The position numbers and the translations under genes are program-made. The notes beneath the pieces were generated by a model that had not been told where the DNA came from, made no database searches, and saw nothing but the letters and a program-made list of their open reading frames with translations. This document shows, piece after piece, positions 37,974-50,000 of a DNA stretch of 64,000 nucleotides (positions are counted from its first letter, which is position 1; each line of letters starts with the position of its first letter). Where the stretch lies: positions 64,001 through 128,000 of IMG/VR virus record IMGVR_UViG_3300007734_000761. One strand, 5' to 3'. The DNA comes from a virus.

Positions 37974-39194
37974 TTATTTCAACATATAATTATCAGCCTT
38001 TTTAACACTATTAGAATTATCAATCATTAAGTTTAATATTTCTGGGTTAATTAAATCAGGGTGTACCCACCAGTCTTCAAAAGTACTATTTTTATCTGGT
38101 GCGATGTCACCAACAACCATAATATATCCCTGATTAGTTAAAAATTGCCGTGATTTTTCTCTATAAAGTTTAGTGTTGTCAGCATAGTAATCATGTTCAT
38201 ATGTAATTGCAGCAAACTTGTATTTGTCAAAGGGAATTTGTTGTAATACTTTATATGTAATTTCTGCTGGTTCACAGTCTATTTGAAGATAATCTATATT
38301 GTGTTTAAAATTAAGATTATTAAATAATTCAGCATAATTTAATGTTAAAGCATCTTGAGTTAATGCTAAATTATTTCTTATTTTTTGGAATTTTTTTATT
38401 TCTTCGGGATTTATATCTATTGAAACTCCATTCCATTTAAATTCTTTTTCTAATAAATAAGTGTTATTATTTAGTATAGGATCAGCACAACCTATTTCTA
38501 CATATGTTCCTTCTTGTTTACCATCTAACATACTTAAAACAAACATATCTTGATAGGTTTGAGAGTAATTTTTTTCTATAGTGTCTGAATTTGCAAATTT
38601 ATACTTTAAATTTTTATGTTGATCTTTAGTATAAGGTAATTTATAAAATCTTTCACCGTTTAGTCCTGCTAAGTTTTTATGAGCTAATCTAGTATGTTCG
38701 TCTGTTAAATTATAGTTTTTAAGTAAATCTTCAAATAAAAATCTAGCCTCATTACAATTACCAACCCACCAAGTAGTTACAGCTTTTTGAAATTGAGGTA
38801 GAAAATTGTAATAATCTATATTAGTTAATGTTGGTTTATAATTATCTTTATATAATAAAGCCATACAAGCTGCTGTGTATGATTCTCTTCTATTTTGGTC
38901 ATTCTCTAAAAAAGAACTTAAAAAACACCAAGCTTCAGGTCTAGTAGGATTACAGTTAATAGCATTTAAAATAGCATTTTTTACAGATTTTGGTCGTCTT
39001 CCTATATATTTTATACACGATATTATTTTAAGTAAAGCTTCATAAACTAAATCTTTATCATTACTAAATTCAGCAGTTCTTAAATAATAAGTTAAAGCAG
39101 TAGCTTTATGATTTTCTAAATCATATTCATATCCTAACCAAAAATTAACTTCTGGGTCGTAAGGATTATTTATAAATTTTATTAAATTATCCAT
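37974..39194 (-). CDS. TPR-repeat + FkbM/Methyltransf_21-like fusion protein
   Basis: N-terminal TPR-like helices (ALTYYLRTAE, PTRPEAW); C-terminal YSQTYQD, YVEIG, NNTYLLE, IDYLQIDCE, EDWWVHP. Confidence 0.75.
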   Translation of the reverse strand: MDNLIKFINNPYDPEVNFWLGYEYDLENHKATALTYYLRTAEFSNDKDLVYEALLKIISCIKYIGRRPKSVKNAILNAINCNPTRPEAWCFLSSFLENDQNRRESYTAACMALLYKDNYKPTLTNIDYYNFLPQFQKAVTTWWVGNCNEARFLFEDLLKNYNLTDEHTRLAHKNLAGLNGERFYKLPYTKDQHKNLKYKFANSDTIEKNYSQTYQDMFVLSMLDGKQEGTYVEIGCADPILNNNTYLLEKEFKWNGVSIDINPEEIKKFQKIRNNLALTQDALTLNYAELFNNLNFKHNIDYLQIDCEPAEITYKVLQQIPFDKYKFAAITYEHDYYADNTKLYREKSRQFLTNQGYIMVVGDIAPDKNSTFEDWWVHPDLINPEILNLMIDNSNSVKKADNYMLK

Positions 39195-40170
39195 TTATTA
39201 TTTCTTCAAAAACTTTTTCAGGTATAGTTAAGGCAAAAGCAGCATTATCTTGAAATCCAAAAGTAATTACAATATTATTATCTATATTTGTTGCCCCACA
39301 AGCAAATTCTATTTTTGCGGTCATAAAATTAAAACTATCTGATGTTTTAACTATATTTCCTTGTTTATCCCATACTATTATTCTATGAGTATAAACAGCA
39401 TCTTTATTATTATTTTCATTACGCCATAAATCTACTTCATGAATTATTCCTATATCATATTTTTTCCAAGAAATAATTTGAGAATTGCCTCTAAGTTGAT
39501 AAGGAGTATTTATTTTAAATTCTTCACCTTGAAATGTTATTTCACTTTTTCCTGTAATAGGATCTACTTTTACTATTTGAGTTGGATTAGTCCATCTTAT
39601 ATAATGATAAGGCTTATCTAAGATAGGCATCCAATTTTTTTCACAGTAAGAATACTCATCTATAGGGGGTTGGATTCTTAATCTTGAAATTTCTTGAACA
39701 ATATCACCTTTAAATATGATTTGAGATAATTCCATTCTGCCTTCTCCATTAGGAGTAGTATCTCGTCTTACACCAGTTAAATATAATTTATTATCCCATT
39801 TAACTAAACGAGCATCTTCTAGTCCAACAAATTCCCAAATAGGAGTTTTGTCAAAATAACGTGTGTCTACTTTATAAGTTTTTTTTACAGATAAATCATT
39901 ATTCAAAACACATAAATAATTTATTGTTTTTAATCTAGCATCATCTTCTGGGTTTAAATAAGCTAAAGGTCCCCAATGAGACTGATATTTTTGTTCATTA
40001 GGGCAATGATACAAAGAATATTCTACATGTCTTACAACACATAGTATTTCATCATCTATAAAAATAGAAGGATTACATATACCTGTACCTCCTGTTAAAT
40101 CAGCAGATATTTTAAGAGGCATTATAGAACCTCCTTTATCTAAAACTAATTTTACTAAATTATCTATCAT
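39187..40170 (-). CDS. Five-bladed beta-propeller glycosidase/phosphorylase-like protein (GH130-like)
   Basis: NPSI, GLEDARL, EKNWMP, IEFACG, FGFQD. Confidence 0.65.
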   Translation of the reverse strand: MIDNLVKLVLDKGGSIMPLKISADLTGGTGICNPSIFIDDEILCVVRHVEYSLYHCPNEQKYQSHWGPLAYLNPEDDARLKTINYLCVLNNDLSVKKTYKVDTRYFDKTPIWEFVGLEDARLVKWDNKLYLTGVRRDTTPNGEGRMELSQIIFKGDIVQEISRLRIQPPIDEYSYCEKNWMPILDKPYHYIRWTNPTQIVKVDPITGKSEITFQGEEFKINTPYQLRGNSQIISWKKYDIGIIHEVDLWRNENNNKDAVYTHRIIVWDKQGNIVKTSDSFNFMTAKIEFACGATNIDNNIVITFGFQDNAAFALTIPEKVFEEIING

Positions 40171-40754
40171 TTGTAAGATTCACCTCCTGCCCAAAGTACT
40201 AAGCTTCTTCTTAAACCTGATGTTAATGGTGTTACTCTATGTAAAATAAAAGATGGAAATAAAACTACAGCTCCTTTTTTACGAGGAACAGCAAACGAAC
40301 CATTTCCAGGATGTAATTCTAAATCTCCACCAACATATTCATTAGGGTCTGATAATTGAACAACTACTGATACTTTTCTGTGGTTAATGCCATCAGGACC
40401 TATGTCTAAGTGCCAATCATAATGACCACCATTACCCTCATATTCTGTGTATTGAATATTATCTATAATTGTATGTAAATTAAATCCCCATAAAGTTTTA
40501 TTAGCTTCAGTAACATAACTAGTTATTCTATCATAAACCCATGCCCATTGTTGTTCATATGATAACCACTTAACATTACTTTTTCTTACTGATTCATTTG
40601 GATCGTTTCCAACAATCTGTGCTTTTTGAAATGAGTATTTTTTAGAATCTTTAATAATTTTATCTACTTCTTCTGAAGTAAATCCGTTTTCAAACCAATA
40701 ATAATTAGTTTGATTGATTTCACGATTAAGGGGAAATATAGGCTTTAATTCCAT
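40167..40754 (-). CDS. 2OG-Fe(II) oxygenase (prolyl-hydroxylase/PKHD-like)
   Basis: YDWHLD (HxD), RKVS, Y.GGDL, FPSF..HRVTP...G.R.SLV.W. Confidence 0.9.
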   Translation of the reverse strand: MELKPIFPLNREINQTNYYWFENGFTSEEVDKIIKDSKKYSFQKAQIVGNDPNESVRKSNVKWLSYEQQWAWVYDRITSYVTEANKTLWGFNLHTIIDNIQYTEYEGNGGHYDWHLDIGPDGINHRKVSVVVQLSDPNEYVGGDLELHPGNGSFAVPRKKGAVVLFPSFILHRVTPLTSGLRRSLVLWAGGESYK

Positions 40755-40761
40755 AACACAT

Positions 40762-40790
40762 ATTATAACATTTATTTTTTAAATAACCAA
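40762..40790 (-). promoter_or_regulatory. Class A promoter TTGGTT-N17-TATAAT with extended TG
   Basis: Exact 17-nt spacer; heads the modification-enzyme operon. Confidence 0.65.
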
Positions 40791-40793
40791 GTT

Positions 40794-41687
40794 TTATAAA
40801 CCAAATCTTCCTCTTATAGCATCCCAGTTTTGAGCTACTTCTCCAGCAGATAATTCTCTATCGTACATATGGAAAGCAGCAATGTTTCCTGTTAGTCGTC
40901 TAAAATCATATCTAGGGTCACCTCCTAATACTAAAGTATTACCTCCGTTATTTATAATTCCATTTCCTCCACCCGCTGTTCCTGATAAACTACCATTTAA
41001 ATAAATTTTTGTGGCTGTATTACTATATGTACCTACTACTTGATACCAGTTTCCTGCTGTTAAATTAACACCTGTAGTTGCTGCTATAATATTATAACTT
41101 CCTGGAGGATTAGCATTTACATAAAATGAAAGACTTGTAGAACCTAAAGTACCATTTGGATGAAGTAACCACATATTAGATGTTACCCAATCATCTGTAT
41201 TATAAGTTGATTGACCTGCTCCTGCTCCTATAGCCCAAGAACCATTAGCTTTTATCCATATTTCAACTGTAAACTCATTTAAAGGATTAGGACCAGGATT
41301 AGATCCTATATAATCATCAGCACCATCAAAAGTAAAAGATCCACCATTTGTAGGATCCCATCCTCCCCCATTATATAAAGTTCCATCATATGATGGAAAA
41401 CCTCCAGCAACGTCTGTTATACTAGTTCCAAATCCAGGATATGAACCTATAGTAGGCCAAGCATCATAGTTTAATATTAACCCAGATGTTACTATCCATT
41501 GTCCTGTATATCCATACCATTGGTTTGGAGAATAATTAGCACCTCCTGGATTTGTGGGTTGAATGTAACTATAGGCATTTAAAGCACCATAAGTTCCATT
41601 ATAAGCATCTTGTAAATTAAAACTACTACCAGCTCCAAATTCGGAACGAATTTGTCCATATGATATTTGTCCTGAGTAAGGTAACAT
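40794..41687 (-). CDS. LamG/ConA-like lectin-domain fibre tip adhesin
   Basis: FDGADDY, FTVEIWIK, WYQVVGTY, KIYLNG, YDRELSAGEV; short N-terminal attachment-like segment; follows the fibre gene (gp37/gp38-like order). Confidence 0.8.
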   Translation of the reverse strand: MLPYSGQISYGQIRSEFGAGSSFNLQDAYNGTYGALNAYSYIQPTNPGGANYSPNQWYGYTGQWIVTSGLILNYDAWPTIGSYPGFGTSITDVAGGFPSYDGTLYNGGGWDPTNGGSFTFDGADDYIGSNPGPNPLNEFTVEIWIKANGSWAIGAGAGQSTYNTDDWVTSNMWLLHPNGTLGSTSLSFYVNANPPGSYNIIAATTGVNLTAGNWYQVVGTYSNTATKIYLNGSLSGTAGGGNGIINNGGNTLVLGGDPRYDFRRLTGNIAAFHMYDRELSAGEVAQNWDAIRGRFGL

Positions 41688-44080
41688 TATTTATTTTTTA
41701 ATATTTCAACTTCTGCTTTAAGTTCTTTAATAGCTTGTATCAATAAAGGTACTAATCTATCATAAAGAACTGTTTTATATTCACCCCATTCAGCTATTAC
41801 TTCAGGCATTACAGATTCAATTTCTTGAGCTATAACCCCAACTTCACGTTTACCTACTCTTGATGGAGCCATTTCTTCTGCTTCTGGAGTCCAATTAAAT
41901 CTAACACCTCTAATATGATCCATTAAATCTAAAGCTGAATCAATATTTTCTACATTTGTTTTTAATCTACCATCTGAGAAGAAGGCTATAATATTACCTG
42001 TAGCTCTAATTTCTCCAGCAATACCTGGTGCAGGAGTATTTACTCCTAATGAATTAATTTGAGCATCTGAGTTAGTTGTAAATCCACCTGTTGTTCCTTG
42101 AGCACCTGTAGGGCCAGGACCTCCTGTAGGACCTGTTGGGCCTGGAGAACCAGTAGGACCTGCTGGGCCTTGAGGACCAGTAGCACCTTGAGGACCTGTA
42201 CATCCTGTAGCACCTGGAGCACCTGTGTTACCTTGTGGACCTTGTGGACCTAAAGGACCTGTAGGACCCGTAGCTCCTTGAGCTCCAGTAGCGCCTTGAG
42301 GACCTGTAGGACCTGTTGGACCAGTTGGACCTGTAGCGCCTGCAAATCCTTGAACACCTTGTGGACCTGTTGGACCAGTTGGACCTGTACTTCCTTGAAC
42401 TCCTGGAGCGCCTGTTGGACCTTGAGGACCTGCTGGACCTTGAGGACCAGTTGCACCTGTGGATCCTTGGGCACCTGTAGCGCCTTGTGGACCTGTTGCT
42501 CCGGTTGTACCCTGAGCGCCTGTAGCGCCTTGTGGACCTTGTGGACCTGTTGCACCTTGAGGACCTGTTGCACCAGTTGTACCCTGAGCGCCTGTAGCGC
42601 CTTGAGGACCAGTTGATCCTGTAGCGCCTTGAGCACCAGTTGAACCTTGAGGACCGGTTGCACCCGCAAAACCTTGTACACCTTGTGGGCCAGTAGGACC
42701 TGTTGGACCTGTAGTTCCTTGAACTCCTGGGGCACCTGTGCTACCTTGTGGACCAGTAGGACCCGTAGGACCTGTTGCACCAGTAGTACCTTGAGCGCCT
42801 GTATTACCTTGAGGACCCTGTGGGCCAGTAGCACCTTGTGCACCTGTATTACCTTGAGGACCTTGTGGGCCTGTTGCTCCTGTAGCGCCTTGAGCACCAG
42901 TTGAACCTTGAGGACCTGTTGCACCAGTAGTACCTTGAGCTCCCGTATTTCCTTGTGGACCTTGAGGACCAGTAGGACCTGTAGCACCTACTATACCTTG
43001 AACACCTTGAGGACCTTGTGGACCTGTAGGGCCAGTTGTACCTTGAACTCCTGGAGCACCTGTAGGGCCTTGAGGACCTAAAGGACCTGTTGGGCCTGTA
43101 GTACCTTGTGCACCTGTTGCGCCTTGTGGACCTTGAGGACCTAAAGGACCTGTTGGACCCGTAGCGCCTTGAGCACCTGTAGCACCTTGAGGACCTGTTG
43201 CACCAGCGAAACCTTGTACACCTTGTGGACCTTGAGCTCCTTGAGGACCAGTAGTTCCTTGTATTCCAGGTGCTCCAGTAGTACCAGTTGTACCTTGTGC
43301 TCCTGTATTACCTTGAGGACCTTGAGCACCCGTTGTACCTTGAGCTCCTTGAGGACCTTGTGGACCTAACGGACCTGTTGGACCAGTAGCTCCTTGAGCT
43401 CCTGTATTACCTTGAGGACCTTGAGCTCCAGTAGTACCTTGTGCGCCTGTGTTACCTTGAGGACCAGTTGCTCCTGTAGTACCTTGAGCTCCGGTTGCTC
43501 CAGTAGCACCTACAATACCTTGAACACCTTGAGGACCTTGAGCTCCTACAGCACCTTGAATACCTTGAGGACCTTGAGGACCTAATGGACCAGTAGCTCC
43601 TTGAGCTCCAGTGTTACCTTGTGGACCTTGAGGACCTGTAGTACCTTGAGCGCCTGTATTTCCTTGAGGGCCTTGAGCACCTGTAGCGCCTTGAGCACCA
43701 GTTGAACCTTGAGGACCAGTAGTTCCTTGAGCTCCTGTAGCACCTTGTGGACCAGTTGTACCTTGAGCTCCTGTAGCACCTTGTGGACCAGTAGCACCTT
43801 GAGGGCCAGTTGGACCTGTTGTTCCTTGAGCACCTGTATTACCTTGAGGACCTTGAGGACCTGTTGCACCTTGAGGACCAGTTGCTCCAGTAGGTCCTGT
43901 AGAACCCTGAGCTCCTGTAGCACCTTGAATACTTGCTGCTGGTCCTCCATTTACAGAAATACTTACTCCTTGAGCAACTGCTGGTGTTCCAGTTGTTTGC
44001 ATAGTCAGTGTAACGGTTTGAGTACCATCAACAAACTTTAATATACCTGTAGCGGGTGTTATTTGGACGTTTTTTGCCAT
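41687..44080 (-). CDS. Collagen-like tail fibre with C-terminal peptidase S74 intramolecular chaperone
   Basis: ~204 Gly-X-Y triplets ([15 protein letters not shown]); SDGRLK..., [21 protein letters not shown]. Confidence 0.9.
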   Translation of the reverse strand: MAKNVQITPATGILKFVDGTQTVTLTMQTTGTPAVAQGVSISVNGGPAASIQGATGAQGSTGPTGATGPQGATGPQGPQGNTGAQGTTGPTGPQGATGPQGATGAQGTTGPQGATGAQGTTGPQGSTGAQGATGAQGPQGNTGAQGTTGPQGPQGNTGAQGATGPLGPQGPQGIQGAVGAQGPQGVQGIVGATGATGAQGTTGATGPQGNTGAQGTTGAQGPQGNTGAQGATGPTGPLGPQGPQGAQGTTGAQGPQGNTGAQGTTGTTGAPGIQGTTGPQGAQGPQGVQGFAGATGPQGATGAQGATGPTGPLGPQGPQGATGAQGTTGPTGPLGPQGPTGAPGVQGTTGPTGPQGPQGVQGIVGATGPTGPQGPQGNTGAQGTTGATGPQGSTGAQGATGATGPQGPQGNTGAQGATGPQGPQGNTGAQGTTGATGPTGPTGPQGSTGAPGVQGTTGPTGPTGPQGVQGFAGATGPQGSTGAQGATGSTGPQGATGAQGTTGATGPQGATGPQGPQGATGAQGTTGATGPQGATGAQGSTGATGPQGPAGPQGPTGAPGVQGSTGPTGPTGPQGVQGFAGATGPTGPTGPTGPQGATGAQGATGPTGPLGPQGPQGNTGAPGATGCTGPQGATGPQGPAGPTGSPGPTGPTGGPGPTGAQGTTGGFTTNSDAQINSLGVNTPAPGIAGEIRATGNIIAFFSDGRLKTNVENIDSALDLMDHIRGVRFNWTPEAEEMAPSRVGKREVGVIAQEIESVMPEVIAEWGEYKTVLYDRLVPLLIQAIKELKAEVEILKNK
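42089..43924 (-). repeat. Collagen Gly-X-Y coding repeat (9-nt period)
   Basis: Direct translation. Confidence 0.95.
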
Positions 44081-44094
44081 TTATATATAAATAT

Positions 44095-47000
44095 TTATTC
44101 TCTAATATATTCTGTTATTAATTTATCTACATCTTTACGTTCACCGTATACTACATAATAACAATCTATATTACCTTCTTCAATTCCTATTGTCACTTTT
44201 TCAGGATTAGCTGATATTACATATAAGTTTTGTGGTTTACCTATTGAGGTTAAAGTTACTGTTATAGAATCTTCATGTACTAAATCAGTCCAATAATATG
44301 GTAATTCAATAGTGTTGTTATTAGTTAATCTACCTCTAACATATACACCAATTTCTGGACCTTCAAGTACTGAGTATCTTAATCTCCAAGGTTCTTTTTT
44401 AGTTGGGTGAATAATGTCAAAGTTTTTAATATTACCATTAATAATATCAAAATTAAGAACTCCACCAACAACAGCTCCACCAGGATTTATTGAACCTGCT
44501 CCTAAATCTAAGTTTCCTCCACCAGTGTCTATAGCACCCCCATTAGTATCAATACTACCACCTGCTAAATTAAGATTAGCACCACTATTTAAATTAAGTG
44601 TTGATCCATCAAATGTTAAATTAGCTTCACCATTAATTGTAGATGTACCTGTAGCGGTTAATACATAATTATCTGTATTATTAGTAATAGTAGTTGTACC
44701 TGATGTACCCGATGAACCACTTGAGCCAGATGTACCTGAACTTCCGCTAGTTCCATTTATACCTGATGTACCTGATGAACCTGAACTTCCACTTGTTCCT
44801 GAAGAACCGCTCGTTCCTGAAGTACCTGAAGCTCCGCTAGCTCCTGAAGTACCTGATGAACCACTTGAACCTGAAGTGCCACTTGAACCTGATGAGCCAC
44901 TTGTTCCTGATGAACCACTAGATCCAGATGTGCCTGAAGAACCGCTAGAACCTGAAGTTCCGCTTGAACCACTAGTACCGCTTGAACCTGAAGAACCGCT
45001 AGAACCTGATGTACCAGATGAACCTGAGCTGCCGCTCGTTCCTGATGAACCACTTGATCCACTTGTTCCTGAAGAACCTGAAGAACCACTTGTGCCTGAA
45101 GAACCTGAGGAACCACTTGTGCCTGAAGTACTATTAACTCCGCTTATACCAGAAGTACCAGATGATCCTGATGTTCCACTTGATCCACTTGAACCACTAG
45201 TTCCAGAAGAACCTGAGCTTCCACTTGTTCCTGATGAACCACTAGAACCTGATGTACCAGAAGAACCGCTTGTTCCACTTGAACCTGAAGAGCCTGATGT
45301 TCCACTTGATCCACTAGAACCTGAAGTGCCTGAACTTCCTGAAGTTCCTGATGATCCACTTGTTCCTGAGCTTCCGCTTGAACCTGAAGTGCCTGAACTA
45401 CCTGATGAACCTGATGTACCGCTTGAACCTGAAGAACCACTAGTACCTGAAGAACCTGATGTGCCAGATGATCCACTTGTTCCTGAGTTACCTGATGAAC
45501 CTGATGTTCCTGAACTTCCACTAGAACCACTAGTACCAGATGAACCTGAAGAACCACTTGTTCCGCTTGATCCTGAAGAACCTGATGTGCCTGATGATCC
45601 ACTTGAGCCAGATGTTCCAGAAGTACCGTTAACTCCACTTATACCTGATGTACCTGAGCTGCCACTTGATCCGCTTGTTCCTGAGGAACCTGAAGAACCG
45701 CTTGTTCCTGAACTTCCACTTGAACCTGATGTTCCACTTGATCCACTTGTTCCTGATGAACCCGAAGTTCCTGATGAACCACTTGATCCACTTGTTCCTG
45801 AAGAACCTGAACTTCCTGAAGTACCGCTTGAACCTGATGTGCCACTTGAGCCAGATGTTCCAGAAGAACCTGATGAACCAGACGTTCCTGAAGAACCGCT
45901 AGAACCTGAAGTACCACTTGAACCAGACGTTCCTGAACTACCTGATGTTCCACTTGTTCCAGATGCACCAGAATTTCCAGAAGAACCACTAGAACCTGAT
46001 GTTCCGCTTGAACCTGAACTACCTGAAGTTCCGCTTGAGCCTGATGTTCCTGAAGAACCGCTAGAACCTGAAGTTCCACTTGAACCTGATGAACCAGATG
46101 TTCCTGAAGAACCAGATGTTCCACTAGAACCTGAACTTCCGCTAGTTCCTGAAGAACCTGAAGAACCAGACGTTCCTGAAGAACCGCTAGAACCTGAAGT
46201 GCCAGAACTTCCACTTGAACCAGATGTTCCTGAACTACCACTAGTACCTGATGTACCGTTTACTCCGCTTATACCTGATGTTCCTGAAGATCCTGAGGAA
46301 CCTGATGTTCCACTAGAACCTGAAGAGCCTGATGTGCCAGAGCTACCTGATGTGCCTGATGAACCTGAAGTGCCACTAGAACCACTTGATCCACTTGTTC
46401 CAGATGAACCTGAACTTCCACTTGTTCCAGATGAACCTGATGAGCCACTAGTTCCTGATGATCCGCTTGTTCCTGATGATCCACTTGTACCTGAACTTCC
46501 ACTAGAACCACTAGTACCAGATGAACCTGAGCTTCCTGAAGTGCCTGAAGAACCTGATGTACCACTTGAGCCGCTAGAACCTGATGTTCCTGATGATCCT
46601 GAAGTACCAGATGAACCTGAAGTTCCACTTGAGCCGCTTGATCCAGATGTACCTGAAGAACCTGAGCTTCCACTTGTTCCTGATGAACCACTAGTTCCAC
46701 TTGAGCCAGAAGTACCAGATGAACCAGAAGTTCCTGAAGTACCATTAACACCACTTATACCTGAAGTGCCAGAACTACCACTAGTTCCACTTGAACCTGA
46801 TGTTCCACTAGAACCAGATGTTCCTGATGAACCACTAGTTCCTGAAGAGCCTGAGCTTCCGCTTGTTCCTGATGAACCACTAGTTCCACTTGAGCCAGAC
46901 GAACCTGAAGTTCCACTTGAGCCAGATGAACCTGAAGTTCCAGATGAACCTGATGTTCCTGAACTTCCTGAAGTGCCTGATGATCCTGAACTTCCGCTAG

Positions 47001-50000
47001 TTCCTGATGAACCACTTGAACCTGATGTGCCACTACTACCTGATGAGCCACTTGTTCCGCTTGAACCTGAAGAACCTGATGTACCACTTGATCCACTTGT
47101 TCCACTTGAACCACTAGTACCGGATGAGCCTGAGCTTCCACTTGTACCAGAACTGCCTGAACTGCCTGAAGTTCCAGAAGATCCACTAGTTCCGCTTGAT
47201 CCTGAAGAACCTGATGTACCTGAAGTGCCATTAACACCACTTATACCTGAAGTACCTGATGATCCTGAAGATCCTGATGTACCCGAACTACCAGACGAAC
47301 CTGAAGTGCCTGAAGAACCTGATGTACCTGAGCTACCGCTAGTTCCTGATGAACCACTTGTTCCACTTGAACCTGAACTTCCTGATGTACCCGATGAACC
47401 ACTTGAGCCAGATGTACCTGAACTTCCGCTAGTTCCACTTGAACCTGAAGTTCCTGATGAACCTGACGAGCCACTAGTTCCAGATGAACCTGATGTTCCA
47501 CTTGAACCACTTGTTCCACTAGAGCCTGATGTTCCTGAAGAACCTGAAGAACCACTTGTTCCAGATGAACCACTTGAACCAGATGTTCCTGAACTACCAC
47601 TAGTACCTGATGTACCATTTACTCCGCTTATACCTGATGTTCCACTTGAACCTGATGAACCTGATGTTCCACTAGAACCAGATGATCCTGATGTACCTGA
47701 ACTACCACTTGAGCCAGATGTTCCAGAAGACCCACTAGAACCTGAAGTTCCACTTGAACCTGATGTGCCTGAACTGCCAGAAGTTCCTGAGCTTCCACTT
47801 GTACCTGAAGTTCCTGAGCTACCGCTTGAACCTGAAGTACCTGAACTACCTGATGTTCCAGATGAACCGCTTGAACCTGAAGTGCCCGATGAACCGCTTG
47901 AACCTGATGTTCCGCTTGAACCTGAAGTGCCTGAGCTGCCACTTGAACCTGAGGTTCCGCTTGAACCTGATGTTCCTGAGGTGCCATTTACACCACTTAT
48001 ACCTGATGTACCAGATGAACCTGAAGTACCTGATGAGCCACTTGAACCACTAGTACCAGAAGAACCTGAACTACCTGATGTTCCTGAACTTCCACTAGTT
48101 CCACTTGAACCTGATGTTCCTGAACTTCCTGAAGTACCTGATGATCCCGAAGAACCACTAGTACCAGAAGAACCTGATGAACCTGATGTGCCAGAGCTAC
48201 CTGATGTGCCTGAACTACCTGAAGTACCACTAGAGCCTGATGTTCCTGAAGAACCTGAAGAACCACTTGTGCCTGATGAACCTGAACTTCCACTTGTACC
48301 AGAAGAACCTGATGAACCAGATGTGCCTGATGAACCTGAACTTCCACTTGTACCAGAAGATCCACTAGATCCTGAGGTGCCAGATGAACCTGAAGTGCCA
48401 GAAGAACCACTAGTACCTGATGTACCATTTACTCCGCTTATACCTGATGTTCCTGATGAACCTGATGTTCCTGATGAACCTGATGTTCCTGATGAACCAG
48501 AGCTACCTGAAGTTCCTGATGAACCTGATGTTCCACTAGAACCACTTGTTCCACTTGATCCTGAACTACCACTAGTACCTGAAGATCCACTTGAGCCACT
48601 AGTACCTGAAGAACCTGAAGTACCTGAAGAACCACTAGTACCTGAACTACCACTTGAGCCAGATGTTCCTGAGCTACCTGATGAACCTGATGTACCTGAA
48701 GATCCACTAGTACCTGAAGAGCCTGAAGTACCTGAAGAACCAGAGCTACCTGAAGTACCTGATGAACCTGATGAACCTGAAGTACCACTTGAACCTGATG
48801 TTCCTGAACTGCCAGAAGTACCTGAGCTTCCACTTGAACCTGAAGTTCCTGAACTGCCAGAAGTACCTGAGCTTCCACTTGAACCTGAAGTTCCTGAACT
48901 GCCAGAAGTACCTGAGCTTCCACTTGAACCTGACGTACCACTTGAGCCAGAAGTTCCAGAAGTTCCATTAACTCCACTTATACCTGAAGTGCCTGAAGAT
49001 CCGGATGTACCTGAACTGCCACTTGAGCCAGATGTACCTGAAGAGCCACTTGAACCTGATGTTCCTGATGAACCTGAAGATCCTGAAGTACCTGATGAAC
49101 CGCTTGTTCCACTAGAACCAGATGATCCTGATGTACCTGAACTGCCAGAAGTACCACTTGAACCTGAAGAACCACTTGTTCCACTTGAACCACTTGAACC
49201 TGAGGTGCCACTTGATCCGCTTGTTCCGCTAGAACCCGATGTTCCTGATGAACCACTTGTTCCTGATGAACCGCTTGAACCTGAAGTACCTGATGTACCA
49301 TTTACTCCGCTTATACCTGAAGTACCTGAAGATCCTGATGTACCTGAAGAACCTGATGTTCCTGAAGATCCACTTGAGCCAGATGTTCCTGATGAACCTG
49401 AGCTGCCTGAGGTTCCTGAAGAACCGCTAGTACCGCTTGAACCTGAACTTCCACTTGTTCCACTTGAACCTGATGAACCGGAAGTACCACTACTACCGCT
49501 TGTACCTGATGAACCTGATGATCCTGAAGTACCAGATGAGCCACTTGTTCCTGAAGAACCAGATGTCCCTGAACTTCCTGAAGAACCTGATGTTCCACTT
49601 GAACCACTTGTTCCTGATGAACCAGAGCTGCCTGATGTTCCTGAAGAACCTGAGGTTCCTGATGAGCCACTTGTTCCTGATGAACCTGAAGATCCTGAAG
49701 TACCTGATGAACCGCTTGTTCCTGATGAACCACTAGTACCTGAAGTACCATCTACTCCACTTATACCTGATGTACCACTAGATCCTGAAGATCCTGAAGT
49801 ACCTGATGAACCACTTGAGCCAGATGTTCCTGATGAACCTGATGAACCGCTAGTACCACTTGAACCTGAAGTACCAGATGAACCTGATGTTCCAGAAGAA
49901 CCACTAGTACCTGATGATCCACTAGATCCTGAAGTACCAGATGAACCTGATGAACCTGAGGTTCCTGAAGAACCGCTAGTTCCACTTGAACCTGAGGTTC

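Noticed and set aside
42250-44041. Alternate-frame ORFs over the collagen gene
   Set aside because: Shadows of the Gly-X-Y codon periodicity.
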